From: Candidatus Peribacteraceae bacterium
Lineage (GTDB): Bacteria > Patescibacteriota > Gracilibacteria > Peribacterales > Peribacteraceae
Length of the DNA: 64,000 nucleotides
Assembly: GCA_028699155.1 (NCBI GenBank)
Contig: JAQVVD010000004.1
Location: 3,924-67,923, forward strand
Reading direction: 5' to 3'
Position numbers and translations under genes: made by a program. Every line of letters starts with the position of its first letter. The first letter of the stretch is position 1. Positions 7,564-17,574 of this stretch are shown one piece after another. The notes below the pieces were generated by a model. That model was given only the letters and a program-made list of their open reading frames with translations, was not told where the DNA came from and did no database searches.

Positions 7564-9503
7564 ATGCGCGGAGGCCCTCCGCCCATTCCGCCCATCGGCA
7601 TCATGATGCCGCCACCCCTGTTCGTACTCTCTTCTCCAGACGTCTCTGCAGCATTGAGCGATACGCTAATCGACTGAATGCGAGTGCCTTCCTCTATGCC
7701 AGAGAGAATCTCCGTGTAAGAACCATTTGTGATTCCCGTCTCCACGGGAATGCTGGCGCCGTCTTCCCTGGTCACGAACGTGCGGTTCCCCTGCGTGCGC
7801 AGCGCAAGCGCGGGAACTGCGAGCGCATTCACGGCGGATGCCGTCTGGATTTCCACCGTTGCGGTCATTCCTGAGAGGATGGTGTACTGCTCGCTCGGCG
7901 CAAGCATAATCTCCACCTCGTACGAAACGACTCCCGACGTCTGGACCGGCGTCGTATCGATCAGATTGATCGTGCCTTCGAACGCCACATTCGGCACTGC
8001 GTCGAAGGTAATGAACGCCTTCTGCCCCTCTTTCACATTAACCACATCCACCTGATCGAGCTGCACGGTCACAATGAAGTACTCCGGGTTCTCGAGCACC
8101 ACGTACTTCGTCTCGCTCGCATCCGCCAGCAGGTTATCTCCGACCTGGAAATCTACGCGCCGGACGATGCCGTCGAACGGCGCCCTCAACTCGTAGTTCT
8201 CCAGAGCGCGGCGAGCTTTCTCCAGCGCGACCTGCTTCTGGGCCAATGCATTGCTCTGCTGACTAATCTGTATGTTGACACTCGTAGTCGTCTGCTTCAG
8301 ATTCGCCTGCCCGGCACTCAGTTTGTCATTCAGATTCTCTATTGTTCTCTGCGCGGAATCGGCGGTCGTCGTTCCATTCTCCTGCTGCGACCTGAGCACT
8401 TCCAGGTTGTTTTTCGCATCCTCGAGATCCTGGAATGCAGCACTCTTGCCGGGCTGCGTCAGCATGGCCTGCTGATCGCGCAGCGTATTGAGCAACGAGA
8501 GTGCCGCCGTTCTCTTGGTGTTGATCGTTGTTTTCCATTCATTGATATCTGCGTCTGTATACTGGGTTGAGGGCACGGCTGTCCTCAGGAAATCATAGGA
8601 AATATTCGTGAGATCAATGATTTTCTGCGCCATGGTTATCGCATCTTCCAGTGCGGACTCCAGCTGTTTCGTATCATCCACATCCTGGAGCGACCCGTAC
8701 TCTTCCCGCAGGGCATCGTACGTATTCGATGCGTCGTAGTACGCGAATTCCGTCTTATTTTTCAAATCATAATCCGTGAAGTAAAACGCGATTTCGAACG
8801 CCTTGTACCGTACCGCGCCGCGCACCACGGAATCGCCGCTGAGAATTGCGATGACGCTATCGAGGATTCCATCCGCACTCGCAATGGAGCTCTCGATGCT
8901 CGCCGCCAGATCATGTTGCGCTTTCTCATATGCCGCCTCCTTTTCCTTCACCGTGGTCTCTGCTTGCGCAATCAGGTCTTCCGCCTCCATCTGCTGCGAC
9001 GGGAGATCCCCGTTGGCTTCCTCCAACTGCCGCTGCAAATCACGTACGCTGTTTTCGGCAGTCAACAGTGTCTCATCACGGCTCGCCTGCAGATCCTGCA
9101 ACTTTAAATACGCATCATTGACCGAAAGTTGCGCCTGGCGGATGTCGGCGTTCGGATCCGTCTTGTCCAGTTCCGCTATGAGATCGTCCCGCTTGACCGT
9201 ATCCCCCGTTTTCACATGGACCTTCTCCACCTTGCCCTGCACGTTGAAGCGCAACTGCTGCTCATTGGCGAGCGTCACACTGCCCAATGCCTTAATGGAA
9301 AGCGTGATGTCCCTGCGCCCCACGGTGACGATTTCCCCGACAACCTCCTGGGCACTCGTACCGCTGTTGCCGAGGAAGTGATACCCCAGTACGAGAACGA
9401 GTGGCGTGGCGAACCCCAGCAGAACGCTGCTCCATGCAAGCTGCTGCGCGAGAGCCAGCAGGCGTCTGAAGTGGAGCCGTTGCAGGAATGACAGGAGGGT
9501 CAT
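7560..9503 (-). CDS. efflux periplasmic adaptor (HlyD/MacA family) with an unusually long coiled-coil hairpin
   Basis: 647 aa with an N-terminal TM anchor, lipoyl/barrel-sandwich segments (VKTGDTVKRDDLIAEL; APFDGIVRRVDFQVGD), about 300 aa of coiled coil between them, and a Gly/Met-rich tail GGGIMMPMGGMGGGPPRM. Confidence 0.8.
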   Translation of the reverse strand: MTLLSFLQRLHFRRLLALAQQLAWSSVLLGFATPLVLVLGYHFLGNSGTSAQEVVGEIVTVGRRDITLSIKALGSVTLANEQQLRFNVQGKVEKVHVKTGDTVKRDDLIAELDKTDPNADIRQAQLSVNDAYLKLQDLQASRDETLLTAENSVRDLQRQLEEANGDLPSQQMEAEDLIAQAETTVKEKEAAYEKAQHDLAASIESSIASADGILDSVIAILSGDSVVRGAVRYKAFEIAFYFTDYDLKNKTEFAYYDASNTYDALREEYGSLQDVDDTKQLESALEDAITMAQKIIDLTNISYDFLRTAVPSTQYTDADINEWKTTINTKRTAALSLLNTLRDQQAMLTQPGKSAAFQDLEDAKNNLEVLRSQQENGTTTADSAQRTIENLNDKLSAGQANLKQTTTSVNIQISQQSNALAQKQVALEKARRALENYELRAPFDGIVRRVDFQVGDNLLADASETKYVVLENPEYFIVTVQLDQVDVVNVKEGQKAFITFDAVPNVAFEGTINLIDTTPVQTSGVVSYEVEIMLAPSEQYTILSGMTATVEIQTASAVNALAVPALALRTQGNRTFVTREDGASIPVETGITNGSYTEILSGIEEGTRIQSISVSLNAAETSGEESTNRGGGIMMPMGGMGGGPPRM

Positions 9504-9525
9504 AGGGCAGATAGAGTATCGGATA

Positions 9526-9978
9526 CTATCGGGGGAGGGGTTCCTTTTCCTCTGATTCCGGGAATCTCATCACAACGCCATGCTCATCCGCGATATCCAT
9601 CAGGCGCTTGCCTGCAGACAGTTCCTGGCGCAACTCCTCTACAGACATGCCCATGCGCGCCGCCATGCTCTGCAGGAATTCCTGCTTTTCGGCTTCGTCC
9701 ATCCAGCGGGGAGGCAGGCGAAGCTCCACGTTCCGCTCCCGCGCGATTTCCATCATCGATTTCCCTTTGTCCAACTCCCCGCGCAGCTCCTCGCGTGACA
9801 GACCGAGCTGTTCTGCCATACCCGGGAACGGCCTGTCCTCCTGCGCATCACGATAGGCGCCGTGGTAAGAAGATGCATCCGTCTTGCTGCGCAAGTGCAG
9901 CGAACCCATAGCTAGGGCAAAGAGGAGGAATGCCGTGAGAATGCCGATCGCGAAGGAAGAGAGAGTGGCTGGTTCCAT
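9526..9978 (-). CDS. membrane-anchored hypothetical protein with two copies of a roughly 28-aa G(L/M)SxEELRxELxxGK..IA motif
   Basis: N-terminal TM helix. The internal repeats are GLSREELRGELDKGKSMMEIARERNVEL and GMSVEELRQELSAGKRLMDIADEHGVVM. It lies in the same operon as the efflux genes. Confidence 0.6.
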   Translation of the reverse strand: MEPATLSSFAIGILTAFLLFALAMGSLHLRSKTDASSYHGAYRDAQEDRPFPGMAEQLGLSREELRGELDKGKSMMEIARERNVELRLPPRWMDEAEKQEFLQSMAARMGMSVEELRQELSAGKRLMDIADEHGVVMRFPESEEKEPLPR

Positions 9979-9989
9979 AGAAAAAGGCG

Positions 9990-10436
9990 TTAATTCGTGC
10001 TGGTTGTTCCCGGCAATGCCTGCTGTAGCGCGCCCGTAGATGCTTCAGGTACATCACCCGTAGACCCGGATCCCGTTCCCGCCGAAGGGGCATCCGCCCT
10101 CCCTTGCCGCATCCCCGCAGGGAAATCCATTCCACGTTCTTCTGCAATTTCCGGCAGCGTCTTCCCTGCATCCAGCTCTGCCTGCAACTCCCCTACGTTC
10201 ATCCCAAACCGGTCTGCCATCATCTGCATGCGATTCTCATCCAACTGGCCATCTGCGGGGAATCTCGCAGCACCGGATCCAAACTGCCCCTGTGATTGGG
10301 CGATAGGCGCTCGACCTTGCTGTGGCGATGCCTGCGATGATGCGCCGAAGAATCGGTTCGCCCCGAAGAGCAGAGCGAGTACTACTACGCCTGTCGCTAC
10401 ACCAATGCCGTAGGAACGAACGTTGAATTGTTTCAT
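9990..10436 (-). CDS. membrane-anchored hypothetical protein, paralogous motif to 9526-9978
   Basis: N-terminal TM helix and one copy of the motif (GMNVGELQAELDAGKTLPEIAEERGMDF), with low-complexity Gly/Ser/Gln regions. Confidence 0.6.
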   Translation of the reverse strand: MKQFNVRSYGIGVATGVVVLALLFGANRFFGASSQASPQQGRAPIAQSQGQFGSGAARFPADGQLDENRMQMMADRFGMNVGELQAELDAGKTLPEIAEERGMDFPAGMRQGRADAPSAGTGSGSTGDVPEASTGALQQALPGTTSTN

Positions 10437-10654
10437 TGGTCATTCTGGGAAGAAAACAGACGCAGAAGTGCGCCTTGTTTTGTTTATACGCAGCAAGCGT
10501 GCATATTTTTTCAAAAACTGGTAGCTGACTCAGTGCGCTCACCGCACCGAATGATGCCTGGTACAGACAAATATCCTCGAGACTCTGCTTCCCAGAATGC
10601 CTTTGTATCGATAGAGTGCATCCAATTTTCCCCGAGATTTGACAACCGTACAGA

Positions 10655-12457
10655 ATGCATATCAGGAATATTGCCATCATCGCGCACGTCGACCACGGCA
10701 AAACGACGCTCGTGGACGCCCTGCTCACGCAGGGGGGCGCGTTTGCAACACACGAGCAGGTCGGGGAACTGATGATGGACTCCAATGAGCAGGAGAAGGA
10801 ACGCGGCATTACGATCTACGCGAAGAATACGTCCATCGTCTACCGGGACTGCAAAATCAATATCGTAGACACGCCCGGCCATGCCGATTTCGGCTCCGAA
10901 GTGGAACGAATCCTCCGGACGGTAGACTGCGTTCTGCTCCTCGTCGATGCGCAGGAAGGCCCCATGCCCCAGACGAAGTTCGTGCTGAAAAAATCTCTTG
11001 AACTGGGGCTGAAACCGATTGTTCTCATTAATAAAATTGATAAGCCTGCCGCACGATCGATCCGGGTAGTCGATGAGGTGTTCGACCTCTTCGTCACCCT
11101 GGGCGCAACAGATGAGCAGCTCAATTTCCCCTACCTCTTCAGCATCGCCAAACAGGGCATTGCGAAGCGGACACTGGAGGATGCATCGAACGATTTAAGC
11201 CCTCTGTTCGATCTAATCATGGCGCATGTGCCCGAGGCGGAGCGGAATATCGATGCACCGTTCCGCATGCAACCCAGCAGCCTTGGGTACGACAACTACC
11301 TGGGCAGATTGGCGATCGGACGCGTATTTGAAGGAATCGCCCGCGCCGGAGACACGGTCTATGTGAAACGCGCTGACGGAACATCCCGTACCGCGAAGAT
11401 CACGAAAGTATTCGTCGCACAGGGGCTCAAGCGCGTGGAGGTTACTGAGGCGCATGCGGGCGATATCGTGACGATCGCAGGTATTCCGGACATCTACGTA
11501 GGAGAGACAATGTCTACGGACCCCGATGCGCAGCCTCTTCCTGCCATCACTATCGATCCGCCGACGATCGCCATGCACTTCCTGGTCAATAATTCCCCGT
11601 TTGCCGGAAGGGAAGGGAAACTCGTGACGACTAGGCATATCCGCGCGCGGCTAGAGAAGGAGCAGGAAACGAACGTCGGGCTCAAGGTCGAGGAAGTCCC
11701 GGGCACGGATTCCTACAAGGTTTCCGGGAGGGGCGAACTGCACCTCTCCGTCCTCATAGAAGCAATGCGGCGGGAAGGTTTCGAACTGCAGGTCTCCCAG
11801 CCAGAGGTCATCTGCAGGGAGGAGAACGGCGTGAAACTAGAACCGATTGAACAAGTCATCGTGGATGTGCCCGAGACATTCACAGGCACGGTCATTGATA
11901 TGCTGGCTAAGCGCAAAGGCGAGATGGTAGACATGAAGACGCACGAAGGGAACACGCGCCTGGAGTACAAAGTCCCCACGCGCGGACTCCTGGGATTCCG
12001 CGGGGAATTCATCATCGAGACGCGCGGCGAGGGAATCCTCACGCACTCCTTCATTGCCTATGAACCGCACAAGGGCGTGCTGCCCGGCAAAACGCGGGGT
12101 TCCATGATCTCCATGGAAAACGGCGTTTCGGTCGCGTACGCGCTCTGGGGACTGCAGGAACGAGGCAGGCTCTTCATCACGCCTCAGACGAAGATTTACA
12201 GCGGCATGGTGATCGGCGAGAGCGCGAAGGGCGAAGACATGACAGTGAATCCCATGAAAGAGAAGAAGCTTACGAATGTGCGCGCTTCGGGCTCGGACGA
12301 TGCAATCGTCCTCACCCCTGTCCAGCCGCTCACGCTGGAACAGGCACTGGAATACATCGCAGAAGATGAGCTGGTGGAAGTCACGCCGACGAGCATCCGC
12401 CTGCGCAAGAAGTGCCTGAACGAACACGATCGGCGCCGGAGCCGGCGGAAAGAGTAG
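10655..12457 (+). CDS. typA: translational GTPase TypA/BipA
   Basis: 600 aa. G1 AHVDHGKTT, DTPGH, NKID, and EF-G-like domains III/V with a BipA-type C-terminus. Confidence 0.95.
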   Translation: MHIRNIAIIAHVDHGKTTLVDALLTQGGAFATHEQVGELMMDSNEQEKERGITIYAKNTSIVYRDCKINIVDTPGHADFGSEVERILRTVDCVLLLVDAQEGPMPQTKFVLKKSLELGLKPIVLINKIDKPAARSIRVVDEVFDLFVTLGATDEQLNFPYLFSIAKQGIAKRTLEDASNDLSPLFDLIMAHVPEAERNIDAPFRMQPSSLGYDNYLGRLAIGRVFEGIARAGDTVYVKRADGTSRTAKITKVFVAQGLKRVEVTEAHAGDIVTIAGIPDIYVGETMSTDPDAQPLPAITIDPPTIAMHFLVNNSPFAGREGKLVTTRHIRARLEKEQETNVGLKVEEVPGTDSYKVSGRGELHLSVLIEAMRREGFELQVSQPEVICREENGVKLEPIEQVIVDVPETFTGTVIDMLAKRKGEMVDMKTHEGNTRLEYKVPTRGLLGFRGEFIIETRGEGILTHSFIAYEPHKGVLPGKTRGSMISMENGVSVAYALWGLQERGRLFITPQTKIYSGMVIGESAKGEDMTVNPMKEKKLTNVRASGSDDAIVLTPVQPLTLEQALEYIAEDELVEVTPTSIRLRKKCLNEHDRRRSRRKE

Positions 12458-12590
12458 TCTCCATGAAGCAGCCGGTTTCTACTTTGGTGATATAAACCAC
12501 AGAACGGAGGGTCAGTCTACGGGGACATCCGTGCCTCTGCAGCACCCTCCTGCTATAGTCGCAGCGGTTTATCATTTTCATCCCCCCACT

Positions 12591-13013
12591 ATGGCAACAG
12601 ACCGAATGGCATTCGTCGCAGAGCTCAATAAAGACCTGGAGTGGGAATTCGCCTCTGCAATTCAGTACGTGCAGCATGCCGCCGTCATCACCGGCCCGGA
12701 GTACGATTCGATTGCCAAAGAACTCGTCGTGCACTCCAATGAGGAAATGGGGCACGCCGTGCAGCTTTCCACCCTGATTGCGGATCTGGGAGGCGTTCCG
12801 ACAATCGATGTGGAGCAGCGGAAGATCTCTGAAAATTCTGCGACCATGCTGGAGCAAGATCTGGAAGGAGAGGAACTCGCGATCTCGCGCTACAAGGAGC
12901 GCATTGCACAAGCGGAAGAACTGGGCGAGTACGGCGTGCGGCGCGTACTGGAAGACATCCTGATGGATGAAGAGGAGCACCGGCGCGACCTGGTCAGTTC
13001 GCTCGGAAGGTAA
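12591..13013 (+). CDS. ferritin-like (bacterioferritin/Dps-type) four-helix-bundle protein
   Basis: Di-iron type ligand pattern (EWEFASAIQY ... NEEMGHA ... EGEELA ... DEEEHRRD). I moved the start to ATG at 12591 (MATDRMAFVAELNKDLE). Confidence 0.8.
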   Translation: MATDRMAFVAELNKDLEWEFASAIQYVQHAAVITGPEYDSIAKELVVHSNEEMGHAVQLSTLIADLGGVPTIDVEQRKISENSATMLEQDLEGEELAISRYKERIAQAEELGEYGVRRVLEDILMDEEEHRRDLVSSLGR

Positions 13014-13169
13014 AGCATGACGGCTGAAAAAGCCGTATCGTTGCAAGCACTTTGCGACACCCGTTCGTAGCCCCGCCTACGCGGGGCGGAGAAGGGTGAT
13101 CTGCCTCGCAAAAACCACCAAGGAAAGATGGCGGGAAATGCACCGTTCGTATAGGATACTTGTCTACAC

Positions 13170-13562
13170 ATGAAGCACCTCTTCCTCTCCATCTTCGTAG
13201 CATCGCTCTTCTCCGGCAATTTCTGCCCGATGCGCGCCGTACACGTGCAAGCTGCAGATATGCCGGTTGTAATGCATCAGCAGATGGCACATGCGGCAAA
13301 CCACGAACCCTGCCAGCCGGAACCGGCGCAAACGTTCCAGAACGCTCCCTGCACGGGGAATGCGTGTTTCCTTGGCGAGTACGTTGCAGACCAAAGATCT
13401 TCCTCCCTCGCGAAGCAAACAGCGGAGCCCGCTGCATTTTCGGGCATCATCCCAGGCATGCTGCCAGCGGATACTCCGATGGATTTCCCTGTGATCGTTA
13501 CGCCGCCAGGGGGATCACTCCCCTCTTTGAGACACATCGCTACCATAGTGTTGCGCACGTAA
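13170..13562 (+). CDS. small secreted His/Met/Cys-containing protein (possible periplasmic copper-binding protein)
   Basis: Signal-peptide-like N-terminus MKHLFLSIFVASLFSG, followed by MPVVMHQQMAHAANHEPC. It sits immediately upstream of the copper genes. No family recognised. Confidence 0.45.
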   Translation: MKHLFLSIFVASLFSGNFCPMRAVHVQAADMPVVMHQQMAHAANHEPCQPEPAQTFQNAPCTGNACFLGEYVADQRSSSLAKQTAEPAAFSGIIPGMLPADTPMDFPVIVTPPGGSLPSLRHIATIVLRT

Positions 13563-13635
13563 AAAGAAGGTACGAACCATCTGCAGAGCCACGCAAGCGC
13601 GGTTCTCTGTTTGTATCTCTCTTCTTCTCTTCACT

Positions 13636-15183
13636 ATGGAACACACGTCAAAACACCTTGAACTCATTGAGCTCCGCATTGCGGGCATGCACTGCAGGAG
13701 CTGCGAAATCATCCTGGAACGCGCATTGAAAGGCATTCCAGGCGTGGCAAAATCGCACGTCAATTCTGCGAAAGGGACGGCAAAAATCTATGCAGATCCG
13801 ACCCAACTCCCTTCGATGGCAACGATTTCCGCTGCCATAGAGGAAGCCGGGTACAGCGTGGTAGCGCAGGACGCATCCGCAGGAACAGTACGCGGGAACC
13901 ACGCAGACACTTCAGAAATTTCCGGCACAAGGAAGTGGCTGGAAATCGGCGCAGCGCTCATCATCATTCTCGCGCTCTACCAGGTGCTCAAAGGGCTTGG
14001 CATCACGGATTTTGCCTCGTCTGTCAGCGGGACTGCGACGCTGGGCGGCGTCTTCCTGATCGGCATCGTCGCGGGTTTGAGCAGCTGCCTTGCCGTGACC
14101 GGCGGCCTCCTGCTCAGCGTGACCGGCAAATGGAACGAGTTGCACCCGGACCAGGACGGCTGGACCAAGTTCAAGCCGCTCCTCGCATTCAACATCGGGC
14201 GGCTCGCTTCGTACTTCGTTCTTGGCGGCGTTATCGGCTTGATCGGAACTTCCATCTCCTTAAGTCCGCAAGCCGGCGGATACCTGAGCATCGCTGTGGC
14301 ACTCGTGATGCTCTCGCTCGCCCTCTCGATGCTCAGAATCATTCCGAAAGGCAGCTGCCCCATACGGCCTCCCAAGCGGCTCGCTCACTGGATCGCCGAT
14401 ATGTCCGAGCATCCGCACCCGGCCGCACCGTTCTTTCTGGGGGGACTGACATTCTTCCTCCCGTGCGGCTTTACGCAATCATTGCAATTGGTCGCACTCG
14501 CATCAGGGAGCTTCACCATGGGTGCGCTGATCATGTTCTCCTTCGCTCTCGGCACACTCCCAGCGCTCCTGGGTTTAAGTGTGATCTCCGCAACGGCGAA
14601 AGGGACATACTCGCGCGTCTTCCTGCGCTTCGTGGGAACACTGGTGCTGCTGCTCTCGCTCTGGAACCTGCGCAGCGGCCTCACGCTCGTGGGTGTGGAT
14701 GCCGCAAGCCTGCTCTCTTTCGGGGAGAGCGCAACGGATGCCGCATACGCGAAGAATGCGGATCCCAATGTCACTATTGCAGCGAACGGGGACCAGATCA
14801 TCAACATGCGCGTAGACGGGTACGAATATACGCCGGATACCTTCACGGTAGAAGCGGGAAGAACTACATGGGTCTATGCCGATGCAGACCGCATTACCGG
14901 CTGCACGAGCATTCTCACCGTCCCAAAATTCGGGTTGCAGGCACGTCTCCAGCAGGGAGAACAGGTGCGCCTTGGCCCCATCAGGAACCCGACTTCCGAC
15001 TTCTTCATCACCTGTTCCATGGGAATGGTGAGCGCGAGGGTACGGGTCATACAACCGGGCGTACCCGGCAGTCAGGCTGTGAATCTTCCGCTTGTGGAAC
15101 AGGCGTCGGCGCAGGAAGATCCGTTTGATGCACCACGCCCGTCCTGCGGCAGCAGTGGCGGATGCGGTTGCGGAGGGGCATAA
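13636..15183 (+). CDS. heavy-metal-associated (HMA) domain / TauE-SafE (UreH-like) membrane domain / cupredoxin-like domain fusion protein
   Basis: N-terminal GMHCRSC metal-binding motif, about 7 TM helices in the middle, and a C-terminal beta-rich region with ITCSMGM typical of cupredoxin_1-like domains. The tail is Cys-rich ([12 protein letters not shown]). Confidence 0.8.
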   Translation: MEHTSKHLELIELRIAGMHCRSCEIILERALKGIPGVAKSHVNSAKGTAKIYADPTQLPSMATISAAIEEAGYSVVAQDASAGTVRGNHADTSEISGTRKWLEIGAALIIILALYQVLKGLGITDFASSVSGTATLGGVFLIGIVAGLSSCLAVTGGLLLSVTGKWNELHPDQDGWTKFKPLLAFNIGRLASYFVLGGVIGLIGTSISLSPQAGGYLSIAVALVMLSLALSMLRIIPKGSCPIRPPKRLAHWIADMSEHPHPAAPFFLGGLTFFLPCGFTQSLQLVALASGSFTMGALIMFSFALGTLPALLGLSVISATAKGTYSRVFLRFVGTLVLLLSLWNLRSGLTLVGVDAASLLSFGESATDAAYAKNADPNVTIAANGDQIINMRVDGYEYTPDTFTVEAGRTTWVYADADRITGCTSILTVPKFGLQARLQQGEQVRLGPIRNPTSDFFITCSMGMVSARVRVIQPGVPGSQAVNLPLVEQASAQEDPFDAPRPSCGSSGGCGCGGA

Positions 15184-15202
15184 TTCTTTTTCCCACCAAA
15201 CC

Positions 15203-17521
15203 ATGCATACAGAACATGTGAATCTCTCCATCACCGGCATGCACTGTGCGAGTTGCGCACTGCTCATTACCAAGAATCTGCAAAGCAAGAAAGGCGTCCA
15301 GGACGCCAACGTGAATTTCGCGGCAGGCAAAGCGCACGTACGCTACGACTCGGGTACGATCGATGCACAGGCGCTCGTCACCGCGGTGAAAGAAGCCGGG
15401 TACAGTGCGTTCATCGCCAACGAGCAGGATCGGGAAGCCGAACAGGCACGGCGCGATGAGGAAATCCGTTCCTACAGGAATAAGTTTCTCTGGGGCCTGC
15501 TCTTTAGCGGCCCGCTCCTCTTCATGATGATCCTTCCGCTGCTCCCGGAGAGCGCGATGGAACGCATCGGTCCCTGGATGGGCATCGCATCATTCCTGCT
15601 CGCGACACCAGTCCAGTTCTGGCTCGGAGCGGGGTTCTACCGCGGAGCGTGGTCGAGCCTGAAGGTACGGACATTCTCCATGGACAGCCTGATCGCGATC
15701 GGCACCTCCACCGCATACTTCTACAGCGTCGCCAATTTCATGCTCCAGGGATTCGATGCGGGCACAGCCCTCTTTGAAGCGGAGAACCTCTACTTTGAAG
15801 TTGCGGCGATGCTCATTACCTTCGTGCTCCTCGGCAAGTGGCTGGAAACGCGTGCAAAGGGGCACACCGGCGCCGCAATCCAGAAACTCATGGGATTGCA
15901 GGCGAAGACTGCGCGCGTGCAGCGCGGCAAGGACATCGTGGAGGTCCCTATGGAGGCAGTCGTCGTGGGAGACATCGTGATCGTACGCCCGGGGGAGAAA
16001 GTCCCCGTGGACGGAATGATCACCAAAGGATTTTCGTCCTTCGATGAATCCATGCTCACGGGAGAGAGCATTCCCGTGGAGAAGAAGGAAGGAGACAGAG
16101 TCTTCGGCGCTACGATGAACGGGCACGGCAGCCTGGAATTCCGCGCGGAGAAAGTGGGTGCCGATACCGCGCTCGCGCGCATCATCCGCTTCGTGGAAGA
16201 AGCGCAGGGTTCCCGCGCGCCGATTCAGGCATTCGCAGACTGGGTATCCAGCTGGTTCGTGCCGACCGTCATCGGCATTGCAGTCCTCACGTTCGCCATC
16301 TGGATGCTACTGGGAGCGGGGCTCTCCTTCTCGCTCCTCGCATTCGTCTCGGTCATTGTGATCGCCTGCCCGTGCGCGCTGGGTCTCGCAACGCCCACAG
16401 GCATCATGGTGGCAACAGGAAAAGGCGCGGAACTCGGCATTCTCATCCGCGGAGGAGAACCGCTGCAAGCTGCGGAACACATCGACACGATCATCTTCGA
16501 TAAAACCGGCACGCTCACGAAAGGAAAGCCGGAAGTGACTGACATACTGGCATTCCAGGGAAAGGAAAATGAACTGCTGCGCATTGCGGCGTCGCTCGAA
16601 ATGGGATCGGAACATTCGCTCGCGGAAAGCATCGTGCAAGCGGCGAAAGAGCGCCATCTGGAGCTCTGGCCGCATGAGAAGTTCGCTGCGATCCCGGGCC
16701 ACGGCATCGAAGGTACGCTGGAGGGAAAGCACTACTTCCTTGGAAACCGCAAATTGATGCAGCGCGAGGGCATTGACTTCACCAGCGCAGAGAAACAATT
16801 GCAACAACTGGAAGAGACAGGGAAAACAGCCATGCTCCTCGCTTCCGGCAAGCAGCTGCTCGGCATCGTCGCCGTCGCCGATACGATCAAAGAGACGACA
16901 AAAGATGCAGTGGAAGCACTGAAGCACCTTGGCATTACCGTCTACATGATCACCGGCGACAATGCGCGCACCGCGCGTGCGATTGCGCTGCAGGCCGGCA
17001 TAGAGCACGTCCTTGCGGAAGTCCTGCCGGAAGAGAAGGCGCTGCAGGTGAAACGCCTGCAGGAGAAAAGCAGGAAGGTGGCGATGGTCGGCGACGGCAT
17101 CAACGACAGCCCCGCGCTTGCACAGGCAGACCTGGGCATTGCCATGGGCAGCGGAACGGATATCGCGATGGAAACAGGCGGCATCGTACTGGTGCGCAAC
17201 GATCTGCGGGATGTGGTTACCGCAATCCGCTTGAGCCGCGCTTCCATGAACAAGATCAAGCAGAACATGTTCTTTGCTCTCTTCTACAATGTCATCGGCA
17301 TCCCGATTGCTGCGCGCGTTTTCGCCCCCCTCGGTATTGTCCTGCGGCCGGAACTCGCGGGGTTCGCCATGGCACTGAGCTCCGTCTCCGTGGTCACCAA
17401 TGCGCTCCTGCTGCGTGGATTTAACCCTACGCGCAGGAACTGGCTCTCAAACATCGCACCGATCGTGATGGTGATCGGCTTTACGGTGCTCTTTCTCTTC
17501 TTCGCGTTCGTCAGTTCATAG
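15203..17521 (+). CDS. copA: copper-translocating P1B-type ATPase
   Basis: HMA motif GMHCASC, TGES, CPC ([11 protein letters not shown]), [18 protein letters not shown] moved the start to ATG at 15203, because the listed ORF start at 15092 overlaps the previous gene. Confidence 0.95.
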   Translation: MHTEHVNLSITGMHCASCALLITKNLQSKKGVQDANVNFAAGKAHVRYDSGTIDAQALVTAVKEAGYSAFIANEQDREAEQARRDEEIRSYRNKFLWGLLFSGPLLFMMILPLLPESAMERIGPWMGIASFLLATPVQFWLGAGFYRGAWSSLKVRTFSMDSLIAIGTSTAYFYSVANFMLQGFDAGTALFEAENLYFEVAAMLITFVLLGKWLETRAKGHTGAAIQKLMGLQAKTARVQRGKDIVEVPMEAVVVGDIVIVRPGEKVPVDGMITKGFSSFDESMLTGESIPVEKKEGDRVFGATMNGHGSLEFRAEKVGADTALARIIRFVEEAQGSRAPIQAFADWVSSWFVPTVIGIAVLTFAIWMLLGAGLSFSLLAFVSVIVIACPCALGLATPTGIMVATGKGAELGILIRGGEPLQAAEHIDTIIFDKTGTLTKGKPEVTDILAFQGKENELLRIAASLEMGSEHSLAESIVQAAKERHLELWPHEKFAAIPGHGIEGTLEGKHYFLGNRKLMQREGIDFTSAEKQLQQLEETGKTAMLLASGKQLLGIVAVADTIKETTKDAVEALKHLGITVYMITGDNARTARAIALQAGIEHVLAEVLPEEKALQVKRLQEKSRKVAMVGDGINDSPALAQADLGIAMGSGTDIAMETGGIVLVRNDLRDVVTAIRLSRASMNKIKQNMFFALFYNVIGIPIAARVFAPLGIVLRPELAGFAMALSSVSVVTNALLLRGFNPTRRNWLSNIAPIVMVIGFTVLFLFFAFVSS

Positions 17522-17545
17522 GAAGCAGATTCTTTGCAGAGAGAA

Positions 17546-17573
17546 GAAGAACCGGCACGCCTGCCGGTTCTTC
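17546..17573. terminator. bidirectional hairpin between convergent copA and the MATE gene
   Basis: Perfect 12-bp stem GAAGAACCGGCA / TGCCGGTTCTTC with a 4-nt loop, followed by TTT on the + strand. Confidence 0.5.
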
Positions 17574-17574
17574 T

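Noticed and set aside
5584-7677. Long plus-strand ORFs (5584-6426, 6880-7677 and others) opposite the MacB-like genes
   Set aside because: They are typical GC-rich antisense shadows with Arg/His-rich composition and no motifs, while the minus-strand genes have clear ABC/FtsX motifs. The same reasoning applies to these ORFs: 12381-13046, 13935-15128, 14575-15330, 26363-27328, 27905-28825, 32740-33477, 37535-38371, 39431-40504, 40579-41592, 42498-43265, 44930-45868, 47019-47750, 51360-52577, 51932-53116, 54194-55111, 58189-58908, 61302-62438 and 63279-63929.
15092-15202. N-terminal extension of the copA ORF
   Set aside because: It overlaps the 3' end of the upstream gene in another frame and is Arg-rich nonsense. 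The canonical HMA domain starts right after ATG at 15203.
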